DNA of 64,000 nt, taken from positions 697-64,696 of the IMG/VR virus record IMGVR_UViG_3300037195_001552. One strand, written 5' to 3'. This DNA is from a virus. Taxonomy: Duplodnaviria; Caudoviricetes. Numbering within the stretch: position 1 is the stretch's first letter; each line of letters begins with the position of its first letter. A program made the translations under genes and the position numbers. The notes under the pieces were generated by a model. It was not told where the DNA came from. It worked only from the letters and a program-made list of their open reading frames with translations, and made no database searches. This document shows, piece after piece, positions 17,929-26,989 of the stretch.

Positions 17929-18183
17929 ATGCCCAGAAATACCGATACGGTTGCTATCGATGTGGAATCCGTTGTTCGGATTCCGAAAGAGACCGAGGCC
18001 AAGCCCAGGCGGGAAGGCTCCAAGGTCGCCAATTTCTACGCCGCGTACAAGGATGGTATAACCGTCGCCAAGTGGCTGGAGGCCGTTCGCCCGCTCGGCG
18101 GTGGTCTTTCCAATCTTCGGAAGGACCTCAAGGTCGGCCGGATCACGCTGGAAGCTCCCAAAGCGAGCAAGAAGGCGGCATAA
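17929..18183 (+). CDS. small basic putative DNA-binding protein (distant homolog of 39413 and 40388)
   Basis: Pattern RxG[ST]...G.TV..[WY]...G.ITL is shared with the two ORFs at 39.4 and 40.4 kb. Confidence 0.6.
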   Translation: MPRNTDTVAIDVESVVRIPKETEAKPRREGSKVANFYAAYKDGITVAKWLEAVRPLGGGLSNLRKDLKVGRITLEAPKASKKAA

Positions 18184-18196
18184 TCCAATTCATCGG

Positions 18197-18228
18197 CGGG
18201 CGCGGTAGTCACGGGGTTACCGCGCCCG
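18197..18228 (+). terminator. GC-rich hairpin, possible weak terminator
   Basis: Perfect 11-bp stem CGGGCGCGGTA/TACCGCGCCCG; poor U-tail. Confidence 0.4.
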
Positions 18229-18247
18229 ATTTGTGGAAGGAGCTGAA

Positions 18248-18553
18248 ATGAGTAAAGCCACCCACGAAAAGATCGCAGACGACGCCCTGGCGCGTATTGC
18301 GAAACTGAAGACGTTAAATACTGACGCCCTGGCCAAGATCAAAGATCTGCAAGAGCAGGTTGAAACGGCGGATAGACATATGATGTCCTACGCTGATGCG
18401 GCGGATACGGCTGTTGAAGCCTTGATCCCCCTCCAAGCTCGACTGGATGAAGCCAACATCCTTCTCCGCCAAGCAGTTGACAAACAACTGGTGTCGCCCT
18501 ACGCTGGCACCTGGATCACGGACGTGAAGGCGTATTTTTATGAGACTTCCTGA
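18248..18553 (+). CDS. hypothetical coiled-coil protein
   Basis: GGAG RBS; overlaps the next gene. Confidence 0.6.
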   Translation: MSKATHEKIADDALARIAKLKTLNTDALAKIKDLQEQVETADRHMMSYADAADTAVEALIPLQARLDEANILLRQAVDKQLVSPYAGTWITDVKAYFYETS

Positions 18554-19394
18554 ATTCTACGGCTTTATGAAGGAGCGGGAGCAAATCCGGCTCAACCGGG
18601 AGGCCGGTAAGCCTTGGCCTTGGACTGATGACCCCATACTTCAGGAGTATAAGTTCACCAACGTGAAGCGGGCACATGATCGGACGACCCGTTGGTTTTG
18701 GAGTGTGCTGGATGAACACAAGGACGACCCTCCTGCTCATCTGTTGTTCAATTGCGCTGTTTTTCGTTATTTTGGAACTATAGAATTCTCCAAGCGCATC
18801 GGCTGGATTTCCAGTTGGGATGAGAACCAAAAGAACATCATCAAGAACAGAGCCAAGGACATGTTGTCCAAGAAGCAAAAGGTGTTCACCGGGGCCTATG
18901 TCATAACGAACCAGGGCATCAAAGCCCCGAAGCAAGAAGTCGTCGTCGATATCTTCCTGGAGGGCCTGTTTTTCCGTCTCAAGGCGTTAACCAAGATCGC
19001 CCATGAAACAAGCCGCTGGGAACTGGTCGCCAAGGAGATGATGGAAATCCAAGGCTTCGGTGGCACCGGCTTCATGACCAAGGAGGTTCTTCAGGATGCG
19101 ATGCACACACGAGTCCTTAGCGACTGCACGGATCGTAATACGTGGTGTCCTGTCGGTCCTGGTGCCCGTCGTGGACTTAATCGGGTTCTTCGCCGGGATG
19201 TGAAAGCTCCCTTGTCGAAAGACGAAGGTCTTTATCACATGAAAGGTATTTTCGAAGAACGAGACGGCTACTGGCCTACGAACTGGGTGAAGCTTGAACT
19301 CCACGACATTCAGTTCCAGCTTTGCGAATTCGACAAGTACGAAAGAGTGCGCCTTGGCCAAGGTCGCCCGCGGAGCAAGTATAGGAGAAAATAG
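18540..19394 (+). CDS. aGPT-pyrophosphorylase / 5-hmdU DNA kinase helical-domain family protein
   Basis: EREQIRL...PWTDDPILQEYKFTNVKRAHDR N-terminus, GPGARRGL helix-hairpin motif and CEFDKYERV...GRPRSKY C-terminus. Confidence 0.8.
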   Translation: MRLPEFYGFMKEREQIRLNREAGKPWPWTDDPILQEYKFTNVKRAHDRTTRWFWSVLDEHKDDPPAHLLFNCAVFRYFGTIEFSKRIGWISSWDENQKNIIKNRAKDMLSKKQKVFTGAYVITNQGIKAPKQEVVVDIFLEGLFFRLKALTKIAHETSRWELVAKEMMEIQGFGGTGFMTKEVLQDAMHTRVLSDCTDRNTWCPVGPGARRGLNRVLRRDVKAPLSKDEGLYHMKGIFEERDGYWPTNWVKLELHDIQFQLCEFDKYERVRLGQGRPRSKYRRK

Positions 19395-19396
19395 CT

Positions 19397-19705
19397 ATGT
19401 GGATGATTGGATGTATTGCTGTCCTGGGTGTTTTGATCATAGCGGCTGGTCACATTATATCTATCATGTGGGGATGGTTCATAGTTCCTTTAGGAGTTCC
19501 AGAAGTCACCGCTCCCTGGGGATATGCTGTCTATGCTCTAGTTAGATATATGACAACTCCTCCGGCTACAGTGATTCAAGTACAGGATCTACACAGACAA
19601 ATAGTTCCCAGCAATAAACAGAGATATTACACCATGCTTTTCGCAGAAGGTTTGATACTATCTCTTATTCTTTTGATCGGTTACATTTGCAAGGAGATAA
19701 TGTAA
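19397..19705 (+). CDS. small membrane protein
   Basis: Two to three hydrophobic segments; AT-richer than its flanks. Confidence 0.55.
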   Translation: MWMIGCIAVLGVLIIAAGHIISIMWGWFIVPLGVPEVTAPWGYAVYALVRYMTTPPATVIQVQDLHRQIVPSNKQRYYTMLFAEGLILSLILLIGYICKEIM

Positions 19706-19709
19706 AGTC

Positions 19710-21053
19710 ATGAAAATCCTAATAGCATTTCACGATTTGATGGACCTGGGGGGTATCATCAATAATCAGGAGGACTTGTACGCCGGACTGACCGAGCTAG
19801 GTCATTCCGTCGATACGGTCAAACTGATCTGGAAACCCCGGATCACCACCACCCGCACACGGACCAAGCCCTCACGGGTCGTTGGCAAGATGGGCTGGCC
19901 TATGGATCAAAACGGCGGCTGGGTCTGGCCTCACAGCGCAAAGATCCCATACAAGGGCGCGGGGCCGATGCACCGCTGGAAGGAGCGCGCCAGCAAGTAC
20001 GATCTGATTATTTGGCAGATCCCAGTGCCCTCCAAGAATAAGAATAACCGGGGTAATGCAGACTGGCTGGAACTCTATAATATACCCGTCAAGCAGATCG
20101 CCTACGTCCACGACGGCAACTTCCCCGCACGATACCCCTGGCTCTACGCAATCAAGGACCATCTCTGTGGCGTCGGAGCGACGCACCCGTGCGGGTATCA
20201 TTCATTGGCGAATATTGACCTGCCACGGGCCTTGTTCTTTACGTCCCAGGCTGATCAGGAAGAGCGAAATGCTGGGGCGGGGTTTCGCGATCGGCAGCCG
20301 GGGTGGTTTTCGCTGCAGACCTTCAAGGGCTGGAAGCATGTTGATGATCTGGTGCGGGCAGTGCCTTACATGGATATTGGGGTGTCTCCGACAATTTTAG
20401 CCGGGGGCGGTATTCAGTGGTACTACATGACTTCCAAGGACAAGTGTAAACCCGAATATTTGGTAAATCTTAAGAATGACCCAGACGCCACGGACCAGTA
20501 TATCGGACAACGTATTTGGGAACGGGCGATTGAATGCGAGCTAGACTACAGGGGGTATATTCAAAATGTCGAACGGGAAGAGATACTCTCAAACGTCCGG
20601 TTCCTTATCGATCCTTCGTGGTCGGCGAAATTTGCTAAATTTGGTGACCATCCTAATCGCGTGTCTATTGATGCTCTCATTAATGGCGCTGTCCCTATTG
20701 CCCGAAATCATGGAATCGCTGGATCTGATAATGGAATAGGTGAATTCTTTAAGGCGGGGTTGAACTATGTCATGATCCCGTGGGACGCTACGCCGAAGGA
20801 ATTCGCCGAACATGTCGATGAAGCGATGAATATGGGCGAGAATACCTTTAACGACATGCTGCACGAAGGTCGTAAGGTGGCGGCGCTTTGGGATAACCGG
20901 GTGGTCGCCCAACACTTTATTGACATGGCTGAGGGTCGGCCCTCTGGTGTTTGGAAAACGCCAGATGACCGAGGTACGTTCAAACAGGAACTCGCCGATA
21001 AAAGCAAGCAGATGCTGGAGGAATTCTTTAATGCGAACGATACACGCACGTAA
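19710..21053 (+). CDS. GT-B fold glycosyltransferase (putative DNA-modifying)
   Basis: MKILIAFH...GGI N-terminus; KGWKHVDDLVRAV, ILAGGG and DALINGAVPI sugar-nucleotide motifs. Confidence 0.7.
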   Translation: MKILIAFHDLMDLGGIINNQEDLYAGLTELGHSVDTVKLIWKPRITTTRTRTKPSRVVGKMGWPMDQNGGWVWPHSAKIPYKGAGPMHRWKERASKYDLIIWQIPVPSKNKNNRGNADWLELYNIPVKQIAYVHDGNFPARYPWLYAIKDHLCGVGATHPCGYHSLANIDLPRALFFTSQADQEERNAGAGFRDRQPGWFSLQTFKGWKHVDDLVRAVPYMDIGVSPTILAGGGIQWYYMTSKDKCKPEYLVNLKNDPDATDQYIGQRIWERAIECELDYRGYIQNVEREEILSNVRFLIDPSWSAKFAKFGDHPNRVSIDALINGAVPIARNHGIAGSDNGIGEFFKAGLNYVMIPWDATPKEFAEHVDEAMNMGENTFNDMLHEGRKVAALWDNRVVAQHFIDMAEGRPSGVWKTPDDRGTFKQELADKSKQMLEEFFNANDTRT

Positions 21054-22065
21054 CGTCAACGATGCCTTTACCGTAGGGGTGCGTATGTTGCTGTCTGACG
21101 GCTTTCGACAGCCGTCGAGGGTGGGTGAGGTGCTTACCATGGGCGGGCCTGTAACCACCACTTACGAGTGCCCCAGGGAGCGTGTGCTGTTCCACGAGGC
21201 CCGTGACGCCAACCCCTTTTTCCACCTGATGGAAAGCCTGTGGATGCTGGCGGGCCGTGACGATGTTAAGTGGATTTCTGAGTTCTCCTCGGGAATCAGC
21301 CAGTTCAGCGATGATGGTGTATCCTTTCACGGGGCTTACGGGTTTAGGTGGCGTAATCACTTTGACTTTGATCAGCTCAAGTCCATTCAGCATGTTCTGG
21401 AAGAAGATCCTAATAGTCGGCGAGCGATACTCGGCATGTGGGATCCGAACTGCGACCTGGGAGGCTTCGGCAAGGACTACCCCTGTAACTTATCCATAGC
21501 CTTTCGTATTCGGCATGAACGGCTGGATATGACGGTGTTTAATCGTTCCAACGATATCATCTGGGGGGCTTACGGCGCGAACGCGGTGCATATGTCCGTT
21601 CTCCAAGAAATCCTTGCGGGGCTCCTTGGTGTAAAAGTCGGTCGCTACTACCAAGTGTCCAACGACTATCACGCCTACGTCGATGTCATCGGCAAGTTGG
21701 GAGAAGTCCAACCTCATCCAATGTGCCCGTATGATAACGGCACCGTGCGGTTTCATAATATGGTGCCTTACCCAGAGGATTGGTTCAAGGATCTTGAACT
21801 ATTCATAAAAGATGGGGGATACCTTTCGCCTGTTGAATACAGCAACCCGTTTTTCGGTGGTGTCGCTTTGCCGATGATCAGGGCGTGGAGACATTGGAAA
21901 AGGAAACATTTCTTAGACGCCCTTACGGAAGTTGGGATGATAACCGCGCCGGATTGGCGCTTTGCTTGTGACGCATGGATAAGGAGGCGATATGAACGAT
22001 ACGTACAAGCGGATAAGAGCGGGGGGACGCGTACGAAGGTGGCACACGATACCGGTCATCAATGA
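21031..22065 (+). CDS. thymidylate synthase-family enzyme, probable dUMP hydroxymethylase
   Basis: SRRAILGMWDP, catalytic YPCN, RSNDIIWGAYGAN (Asn at the dUMP-specificity position) and HAY. Confidence 0.8.
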   Translation: MRTIHARNVNDAFTVGVRMLLSDGFRQPSRVGEVLTMGGPVTTTYECPRERVLFHEARDANPFFHLMESLWMLAGRDDVKWISEFSSGISQFSDDGVSFHGAYGFRWRNHFDFDQLKSIQHVLEEDPNSRRAILGMWDPNCDLGGFGKDYPCNLSIAFRIRHERLDMTVFNRSNDIIWGAYGANAVHMSVLQEILAGLLGVKVGRYYQVSNDYHAYVDVIGKLGEVQPHPMCPYDNGTVRFHNMVPYPEDWFKDLELFIKDGGYLSPVEYSNPFFGGVALPMIRAWRHWKRKHFLDALTEVGMITAPDWRFACDAWIRRRYERYVQADKSGGTRTKVAHDTGHQ

Positions 22066-22495
22066 GGAAACCGTCGCCCATCATAGCTGGGGCGTGGCTA
22101 CCGTTCTATTGGCTCTTTGGCCAGATTGCTCTCGTGAGTTGCTTGTTGCTGCTCTTTATCATGACGTGCATGAGTCTGTTACTGGTGATATTCCTAAACC
22201 TGCTTTCTGGCGTAACCCAAATCTGGCGGACGTTGTCGACGATATTGAAGAAGATGTTCAGCGTGAATTAGGAATTACTCCCGCCCTTACTGACAAGGAA
22301 AAGGAGCAGCTCGCTATAGCCGATATGTTTGATCTTTGTTTCAGATGCGAGGAAGAAATTCTTCTGGGTAATAAAAGTTTTGAAGATATTCTGCGGGCGG
22401 CATCGGCGTGGCTCTGGGGTGTTAAGCTAGAAGGTGCGGCTGAGAAAATGAGAAGTTCTTTTAGAAATTGGATGAAGGAACGAGGCATTCTATAG
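21992..22495 (+). CDS. HD-domain 5'-deoxynucleotidase (YfbR-like)
   Basis: VRRWHT...ETVAHHSW, LYHDVHESVTGDIP, ADMFD. Confidence 0.85.
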   Translation: MNDTYKRIRAGGRVRRWHTIPVINEETVAHHSWGVATVLLALWPDCSRELLVAALYHDVHESVTGDIPKPAFWRNPNLADVVDDIEEDVQRELGITPALTDKEKEQLAIADMFDLCFRCEEEILLGNKSFEDILRAASAWLWGVKLEGAAEKMRSSFRNWMKERGIL

Positions 22496-22567
22496 CCCTT
22501 AGTATTTTCCAATAGCGGGGACGAAGGTTTTTTGCCATAATTAGGTAAGGTTTAGAAAGGAGACAGC

Positions 22568-23056
22568 ATGACAATGTCACATCTTGATTTTCTGCAAACC
22601 GTGGCCAATAATGATGTTAAGGGCCTACGGGAAGCAGAGAAAAACTATGGTTCCTCCTGGAAAAAGCGGGGCGGTGTCGGTGCTTTCATGATGCTCGCCC
22701 GCAAGTGGGATCGGATTGAGCAGCAAGTGCAGAAGTCAGGTTCTCTGGCTTCTGCATTTGATATTCTTTCACATGCTCGGGCTGATACCCGCCCCGAAGG
22801 CATCCGCGACGACATAAGGGATCTACGCCGCTACCTCCTGCTTGTGGAAGCCGAGCTGGACTTCCTGGACTGGGAACAGCGGCAGCGTGAGTCAAAAAGG
22901 GAAGCACAGCGCATGGTTCCGCGCGCCAGGACCACGACCGAACACCCCGCGCCATTCGGCTACGAAGACACCGAGGATGACTATGCCCCCACGGGGAAAG
23001 ATGACATGGTGGTGGAAGTCACTGGCGAAAGCCTGGGTATGAAAAGTGAAAGCTGA
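22568..23056 (+). CDS. MazG-like all-alpha NTP pyrophosphatase (nucleotide-modification-associated, DUF1599-like)
   Basis: KNYGSSW...KWDRI...DIRDLRRY pattern; located in the modification cluster. Confidence 0.6.
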   Translation: MTMSHLDFLQTVANNDVKGLREAEKNYGSSWKKRGGVGAFMMLARKWDRIEQQVQKSGSLASAFDILSHARADTRPEGIRDDIRDLRRYLLLVEAELDFLDWEQRQRESKREAQRMVPRARTTTEHPAPFGYEDTEDDYAPTGKDDMVVEVTGESLGMKSES

Positions 23057-23282
23057 GCAACTTGTCCAAATTCTTATTGAAGCCGGTAAGATCATTGACA
23101 CCAACTTTCGGGAGCTTTCTGATGTTGTGGGCTATGCCCCATCAGAAATCGCCCGATGGCATAAGACCAGTAACCCTAGTCTCAGACAATATGTTGATTG
23201 GGCGGAAGCCCTCGGCTATACCGTAACTCTTATAAGGGGTACCGAATATCAGCCTTCAAGGCACTCTAGACATCGGTCCTGA
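23046..23282 (+). CDS. XRE-type helix-turn-helix protein
   Basis: FRELSDVVGYAPSEIARW...NPSLRQY..WAEALGY. Confidence 0.65.
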   Translation: MKAEQLVQILIEAGKIIDTNFRELSDVVGYAPSEIARWHKTSNPSLRQYVDWAEALGYTVTLIRGTEYQPSRHSRHRS

Positions 23283-25251
23283 ATCAGACTGGACACCGCC
23301 GGACGTTCTACCTAACCTGGCCGGGTTGACCAGTGTTTCAATTGATCTGGAAACCAATGACCCTGACCTAAAGAAATCGGGACCTGGATGGGTGTTCCGA
23401 AACGGGCATGTGGCGGGCTTTGCCCTTGGCTTGGCCAAAGGTCAGAACGTCAAGAATATCTATTTACCCATAGGTCATCTGGAAGGTTCAGAAAACCTGG
23501 ATAAAGATCAGGTTACCTCGTATGTTCGTGAAATCTGTGCCTTAAATATCCCTAAGATATTTCACAATAGCTTGTATGATCTTGGGTGGTTATCTTCTCT
23601 TGACATAAAGGTTGAGGGACGAATAATTGATACGATGTATGCAGCGGCACTATTGGATGAAAACCGCTACAGCTTTGGTTTAGATATTCTGGGAAAAGAA
23701 TGGTTAGGCGAGGGCAAGGACGAGGAGGAATTAGTTAAGGCCGCAAATATCCTGGGATACGGTAAAGACATCAAAGGCAGCATGTGGAAGATGCCGCCGC
23801 GCTATGTCGGGGCCTACGCTGAACAGGACGCCGGGGTTACTCACAAGCTATGGGAATACGAACAGGCTCGGTTGGTCAAAGAAGACTTAACTGATCTGAT
23901 GGACTTGGAAATGTCTTTGGTGCCTCTACTTCTAGAGCAACGCCGCCGTGGAGTCCGTGTGGACGTAGACCGTGCTGAACAGTTACGCAATGAGATGAAG
24001 AGAAAGAAGGAAGATCTCTTAGAGGAAGTTTACCATAAATTCGGCGGGCGGTGTGATCCATACAATGCAAAGCAGATCGCCCGTATATGTGATAAACAAA
24101 ACATCCCATATTCCCGCACCCCCACGGGTCTTCCTTCCTTCACAAAGGAATGGTTGGAGACGCATCCACACGAATTCCCCCGCATGATCCGTGAGGCGCG
24201 GAAGATCGACAAAACCATATCCACCTTTTTCGAGGGGATGATACTAGATCATGTCCACAAAGGCAGAATACACGCTGAGGCCCACCCACTCAAAAGCGAC
24301 GACGGCGGCACCGTGTCTGGACGGTTCAGCTACTCGAATCCCAATCTACAGCAAACGACAGCGCGAGATCCGGTATACGGCCCAATGGTCCGGTCATTAT
24401 TTTTACCGGAGGATGGTTGTCTCTGGGGGGCCTTGGACTACAGTTCGCAAGAACCACGGCTGACAGTCCATTACGCTTACCTAACAAAACAGCGGGGAGC
24501 GGCAGAAGCGGTCGCAGCATTTAAGGAAAACCCCCGGTTGGACTATCATCAAATGGTAGCCGACCTTGCTGGGATCGAACGGGGCCATGCGAAAATAATT
24601 AACCTTGCTTTGGCCTATGGAATGGGTCAAGTCAAGCTATGCCTGGATCTAGGGCTACCGCTGGAAACCCTGGAGGATGGTCGTCAAATAGCGGGACCAG
24701 AAGGCAGAGCACTATTGGATAAATATCACGAGTGTGTGCCGTTTGTCAAAGGGCTCATGTCAAAATGTACCCGAATCGCTGCTGATCGCGGTTATGTTCG
24801 GACGCTGCTGGGGCGGCGCTGCCGCTTTGATAGCTGGGAACCCACCATGGGCCGCAAACCGGCAGTCCGGGGCCGTGCGGCGGCGTCGAACGCCTTCGAT
24901 GGGCCAATAAAACGGGCATTTACCCACAAAGCGTTGAACCGTTTGATACAGGGCTCTGCGGCGGACATGACAAAGAAGGCGATGCAGGGTTTATGGGCCG
25001 AAGGCGTCGTTCCAATGATATCTATGCACGATGAACTGGATATCAGTGTTCCTGACGAAACCCATGGTCGCAAATGTGTAGAAATTATGGAACATTGCGT
25101 AGAGATCTCAGTTCCTCAGGTAATAGACGCAGAATTCGGCTTTAACTGGGGCAACGCCAAGAAAGTCTTCAGCGACAGACCTTGGACAGGAGGTTTGGAT
25201 AGTGGTCACGCTATTCAGTCCACGGAGAGTGAATATGTGCCAGCGGAATAA
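23248..25251 (+). CDS. polA: family A DNA polymerase with 3'-5' exonuclease (likely start ATC 23248; ORF track starts at TTG 23326)
   Basis: IDLET exo I, FHNSLYD exo II, GRFSYSNPNLQQ, DYSSQEPR motif A, KIINLALAYG motif B, MHDEL motif C. Confidence 0.95.
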   Translation: MSLQGTLDIGPESDWTPPDVLPNLAGLTSVSIDLETNDPDLKKSGPGWVFRNGHVAGFALGLAKGQNVKNIYLPIGHLEGSENLDKDQVTSYVREICALNIPKIFHNSLYDLGWLSSLDIKVEGRIIDTMYAAALLDENRYSFGLDILGKEWLGEGKDEEELVKAANILGYGKDIKGSMWKMPPRYVGAYAEQDAGVTHKLWEYEQARLVKEDLTDLMDLEMSLVPLLLEQRRRGVRVDVDRAEQLRNEMKRKKEDLLEEVYHKFGGRCDPYNAKQIARICDKQNIPYSRTPTGLPSFTKEWLETHPHEFPRMIREARKIDKTISTFFEGMILDHVHKGRIHAEAHPLKSDDGGTVSGRFSYSNPNLQQTTARDPVYGPMVRSLFLPEDGCLWGALDYSSQEPRLTVHYAYLTKQRGAAEAVAAFKENPRLDYHQMVADLAGIERGHAKIINLALAYGMGQVKLCLDLGLPLETLEDGRQIAGPEGRALLDKYHECVPFVKGLMSKCTRIAADRGYVRTLLGRRCRFDSWEPTMGRKPAVRGRAAASNAFDGPIKRAFTHKALNRLIQGSAADMTKKAMQGLWAEGVVPMISMHDELDISVPDETHGRKCVEIMEHCVEISVPQVIDAEFGFNWGNAKKVFSDRPWTGGLDSGHAIQSTESEYVPAE

Positions 25252-25257
25252 AAGACA

Positions 25258-25494
25258 GTGGCGACCGAAGATCGTTTAGAGGCTGTTCACAAGTATGCGG
25301 CTTCTGCCATGGGTATGACAGCCGGAGCCATAGCTCGTCGCAAGATTGGTTTGGTCACTATTAATGAGATAATCGATCGTCTAGAGAAATCCTTAGCTGA
25401 GGCCAAAAAGTTACAAGAGGCCTTGGCTGAAGTCACCAATAAGGGATCTCAGGCTAAACGTGCCCCTTCCTGGTTATTTGGAAATCAGAAATGA
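25258..25494 (+). CDS. hypothetical protein
   Basis: In-operon ORF, helical. Confidence 0.5.
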   Translation: MATEDRLEAVHKYAASAMGMTAGAIARRKIGLVTINEIIDRLEKSLAEAKKLQEALAEVTNKGSQAKRAPSWLFGNQK

Positions 25495-26120
25495 CTAAAT
25501 TGGCAGCTCTCAAGAAAAAGGCCATGCAGAATCCTGAGATAAAGGCTGAATACGATAAACTTGCAAAGGAATTCGATATGTCCAATAAAACTGAATCTCA
25601 TGTGATGATCGACATTGAAACTTTGGACACACGACCTACGGCAGTCGTGCTGAGTATCGGGGCTGTCCCGTTTGATCCCCATGAGGGCACGGTGGATGAG
25701 AAAAAGGGTTTCGAGATTTTCCCTAGTATCCAGGATCAACTAGACATAGGCCGCACGGTCTCTGAAAATACGTTGAGGTTCTGGATAGCAAATCAAAATA
25801 TCGGCATCAAAAGCTGGTATTCTCAGGTGCCTAATGGACTAAAGGGCGCACAGGACAACTTTCGACAATGGTGTAAGGACGTACCTCCGCCGGGAGAATT
25901 ATGCCCATGGAGCAACGGCGCGGCCTTCGACATCCCCATCTTAGAGGACTGGATGAACTATGAGAACATCCCCTGGAAGTTCTGGGCGGTGATGGACTGT
26001 CGTACGATGCAATGGGCGCATCCGGTCCCCAAGGTAGGGGCGACAGATCATACGGCACTGGCTGATGCCATTGCCCAGGCGAAAAGGGTTTGTGCGTCAT
26101 ATTCGACAAAGGAGGATTAA
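25491..26120 (+). CDS. DEDDh 3'-5' exonuclease (RNase AS / DUF5051-like)
   Basis: VMIDIETL, WSNGAAFDIPIL, HTALADA. Confidence 0.85.
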   Translation: MTKLAALKKKAMQNPEIKAEYDKLAKEFDMSNKTESHVMIDIETLDTRPTAVVLSIGAVPFDPHEGTVDEKKGFEIFPSIQDQLDIGRTVSENTLRFWIANQNIGIKSWYSQVPNGLKGAQDNFRQWCKDVPPPGELCPWSNGAAFDIPILEDWMNYENIPWKFWAVMDCRTMQWAHPVPKVGATDHTALADAIAQAKRVCASYSTKED

Positions 26121-26121
26121 G

Positions 26122-26394
26122 ATGGCTTACGTAGACCCCAATGATGCTGCGATTATTTATGGAGCGGTTATCGAACATCAACCGAAGATTGTGGAGCATG
26201 TTCAGGGTATGAATATCCAAATTGCCATGGGATACATCTGGGATGAATTCACCGATCTCCCAGATCCCGATGACATGACTCCGGAAGATATCGCCTACTT
26301 GGTTCATCAGATCCGTAGTAGGCGAAAAGATGCCTTTGATGCCAAGGCTTATAAGAAAGCCAAACGTAAGCCTGAATTGACGGTGGTGGAATGA
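26122..26394 (+). CDS. hypothetical protein
   Basis: Strong GGAGG RBS before MAYVDPND. Confidence 0.6.
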   Translation: MAYVDPNDAAIIYGAVIEHQPKIVEHVQGMNIQIAMGYIWDEFTDLPDPDDMTPEDIAYLVHQIRSRRKDAFDAKAYKKAKRKPELTVVE

Positions 26395-26810
26395 GGAAAT
26401 CTGAGAAAACATTCTGGCGATTATTGAAAAGCCATCTGCCCAAAGGTTGTGATCACCAGCGTATTGAGACCGGCAGTACCGGGCGGGGTATCCCCGATGT
26501 GAACCTATGCAAGGACGGAGTTGAAATATGGGTAGAACTTAAGGTCGTGATTGGGCGCAGTATCGATTTGTCCCCCGAGCAAGTGGCGTGGCATTATAGG
26601 CGTAATGCAGCGGGCGGTACGACCTGGATAATGGCTCGCGACGTTGCTGACGGTGCTCGCAAGGGTAAGTATGATCGAATTTACCTTTGGTGCGGGTCAC
26701 AGTCTATCGAAGTTAAGAAACAGGGTGTAGACGCTCCAGGGGCATTTGTATTCGAATCCCCATATGAGTGGGATAAGATCATGGATAAACTATTTGGAGT
26801 AGTGTGGTAA
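26391..26810 (+). CDS. VRR-NUC / PD-(D/E)xK nuclease (resolvase-like)
   Basis: RIETGSTGRGIPDV...WVELKV...EQVAWH. Confidence 0.85.
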   Translation: MRKSEKTFWRLLKSHLPKGCDHQRIETGSTGRGIPDVNLCKDGVEIWVELKVVIGRSIDLSPEQVAWHYRRNAAGGTTWIMARDVADGARKGKYDRIYLWCGSQSIEVKKQGVDAPGAFVFESPYEWDKIMDKLFGVVW

Positions 26811-26989
26811 TGGAACGATGCAATCACTGCGACTTTTGGGATCAGCTTTCGGATCATCCCGACATGGGAAAATGTATGCTGGACCCACCCACGGTCCTTT
26901 GGGACCATAATCGGGGGAAATCTGTAAGCCAGTACCCCCTCACTCGGACGACTGCCGGGTGTTCTCAACATATAGAAAGGAGCCCGTGA
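26804..26989 (+). CDS. small Cys-rich (metal-binding) protein
   Basis: CNHCDFW...GKC..DPP...YP.T....GCSQH. Confidence 0.6.
   Translation: MVMERCNHCDFWDQLSDHPDMGKCMLDPPTVLWDHNRGKSVSQYPLTRTTAGCSQHIERSP

Noticed and set aside
21031-22065. T4-type dCMP hydroxymethylase with glucosyl-hmC
   Set aside because: The specificity position reads Asn (GAYGAN), not Asp, and the neighbouring aGPT-PPlase-like gene belongs to thymidine pathways.
21992-22495. DatZ of a 2-aminoadenine (Z-genome) pathway
   Set aside because: An HD nucleotidase is present, but no PurZ-like adenylosuccinate synthetase is visible; the context points to the thymidine pathway.
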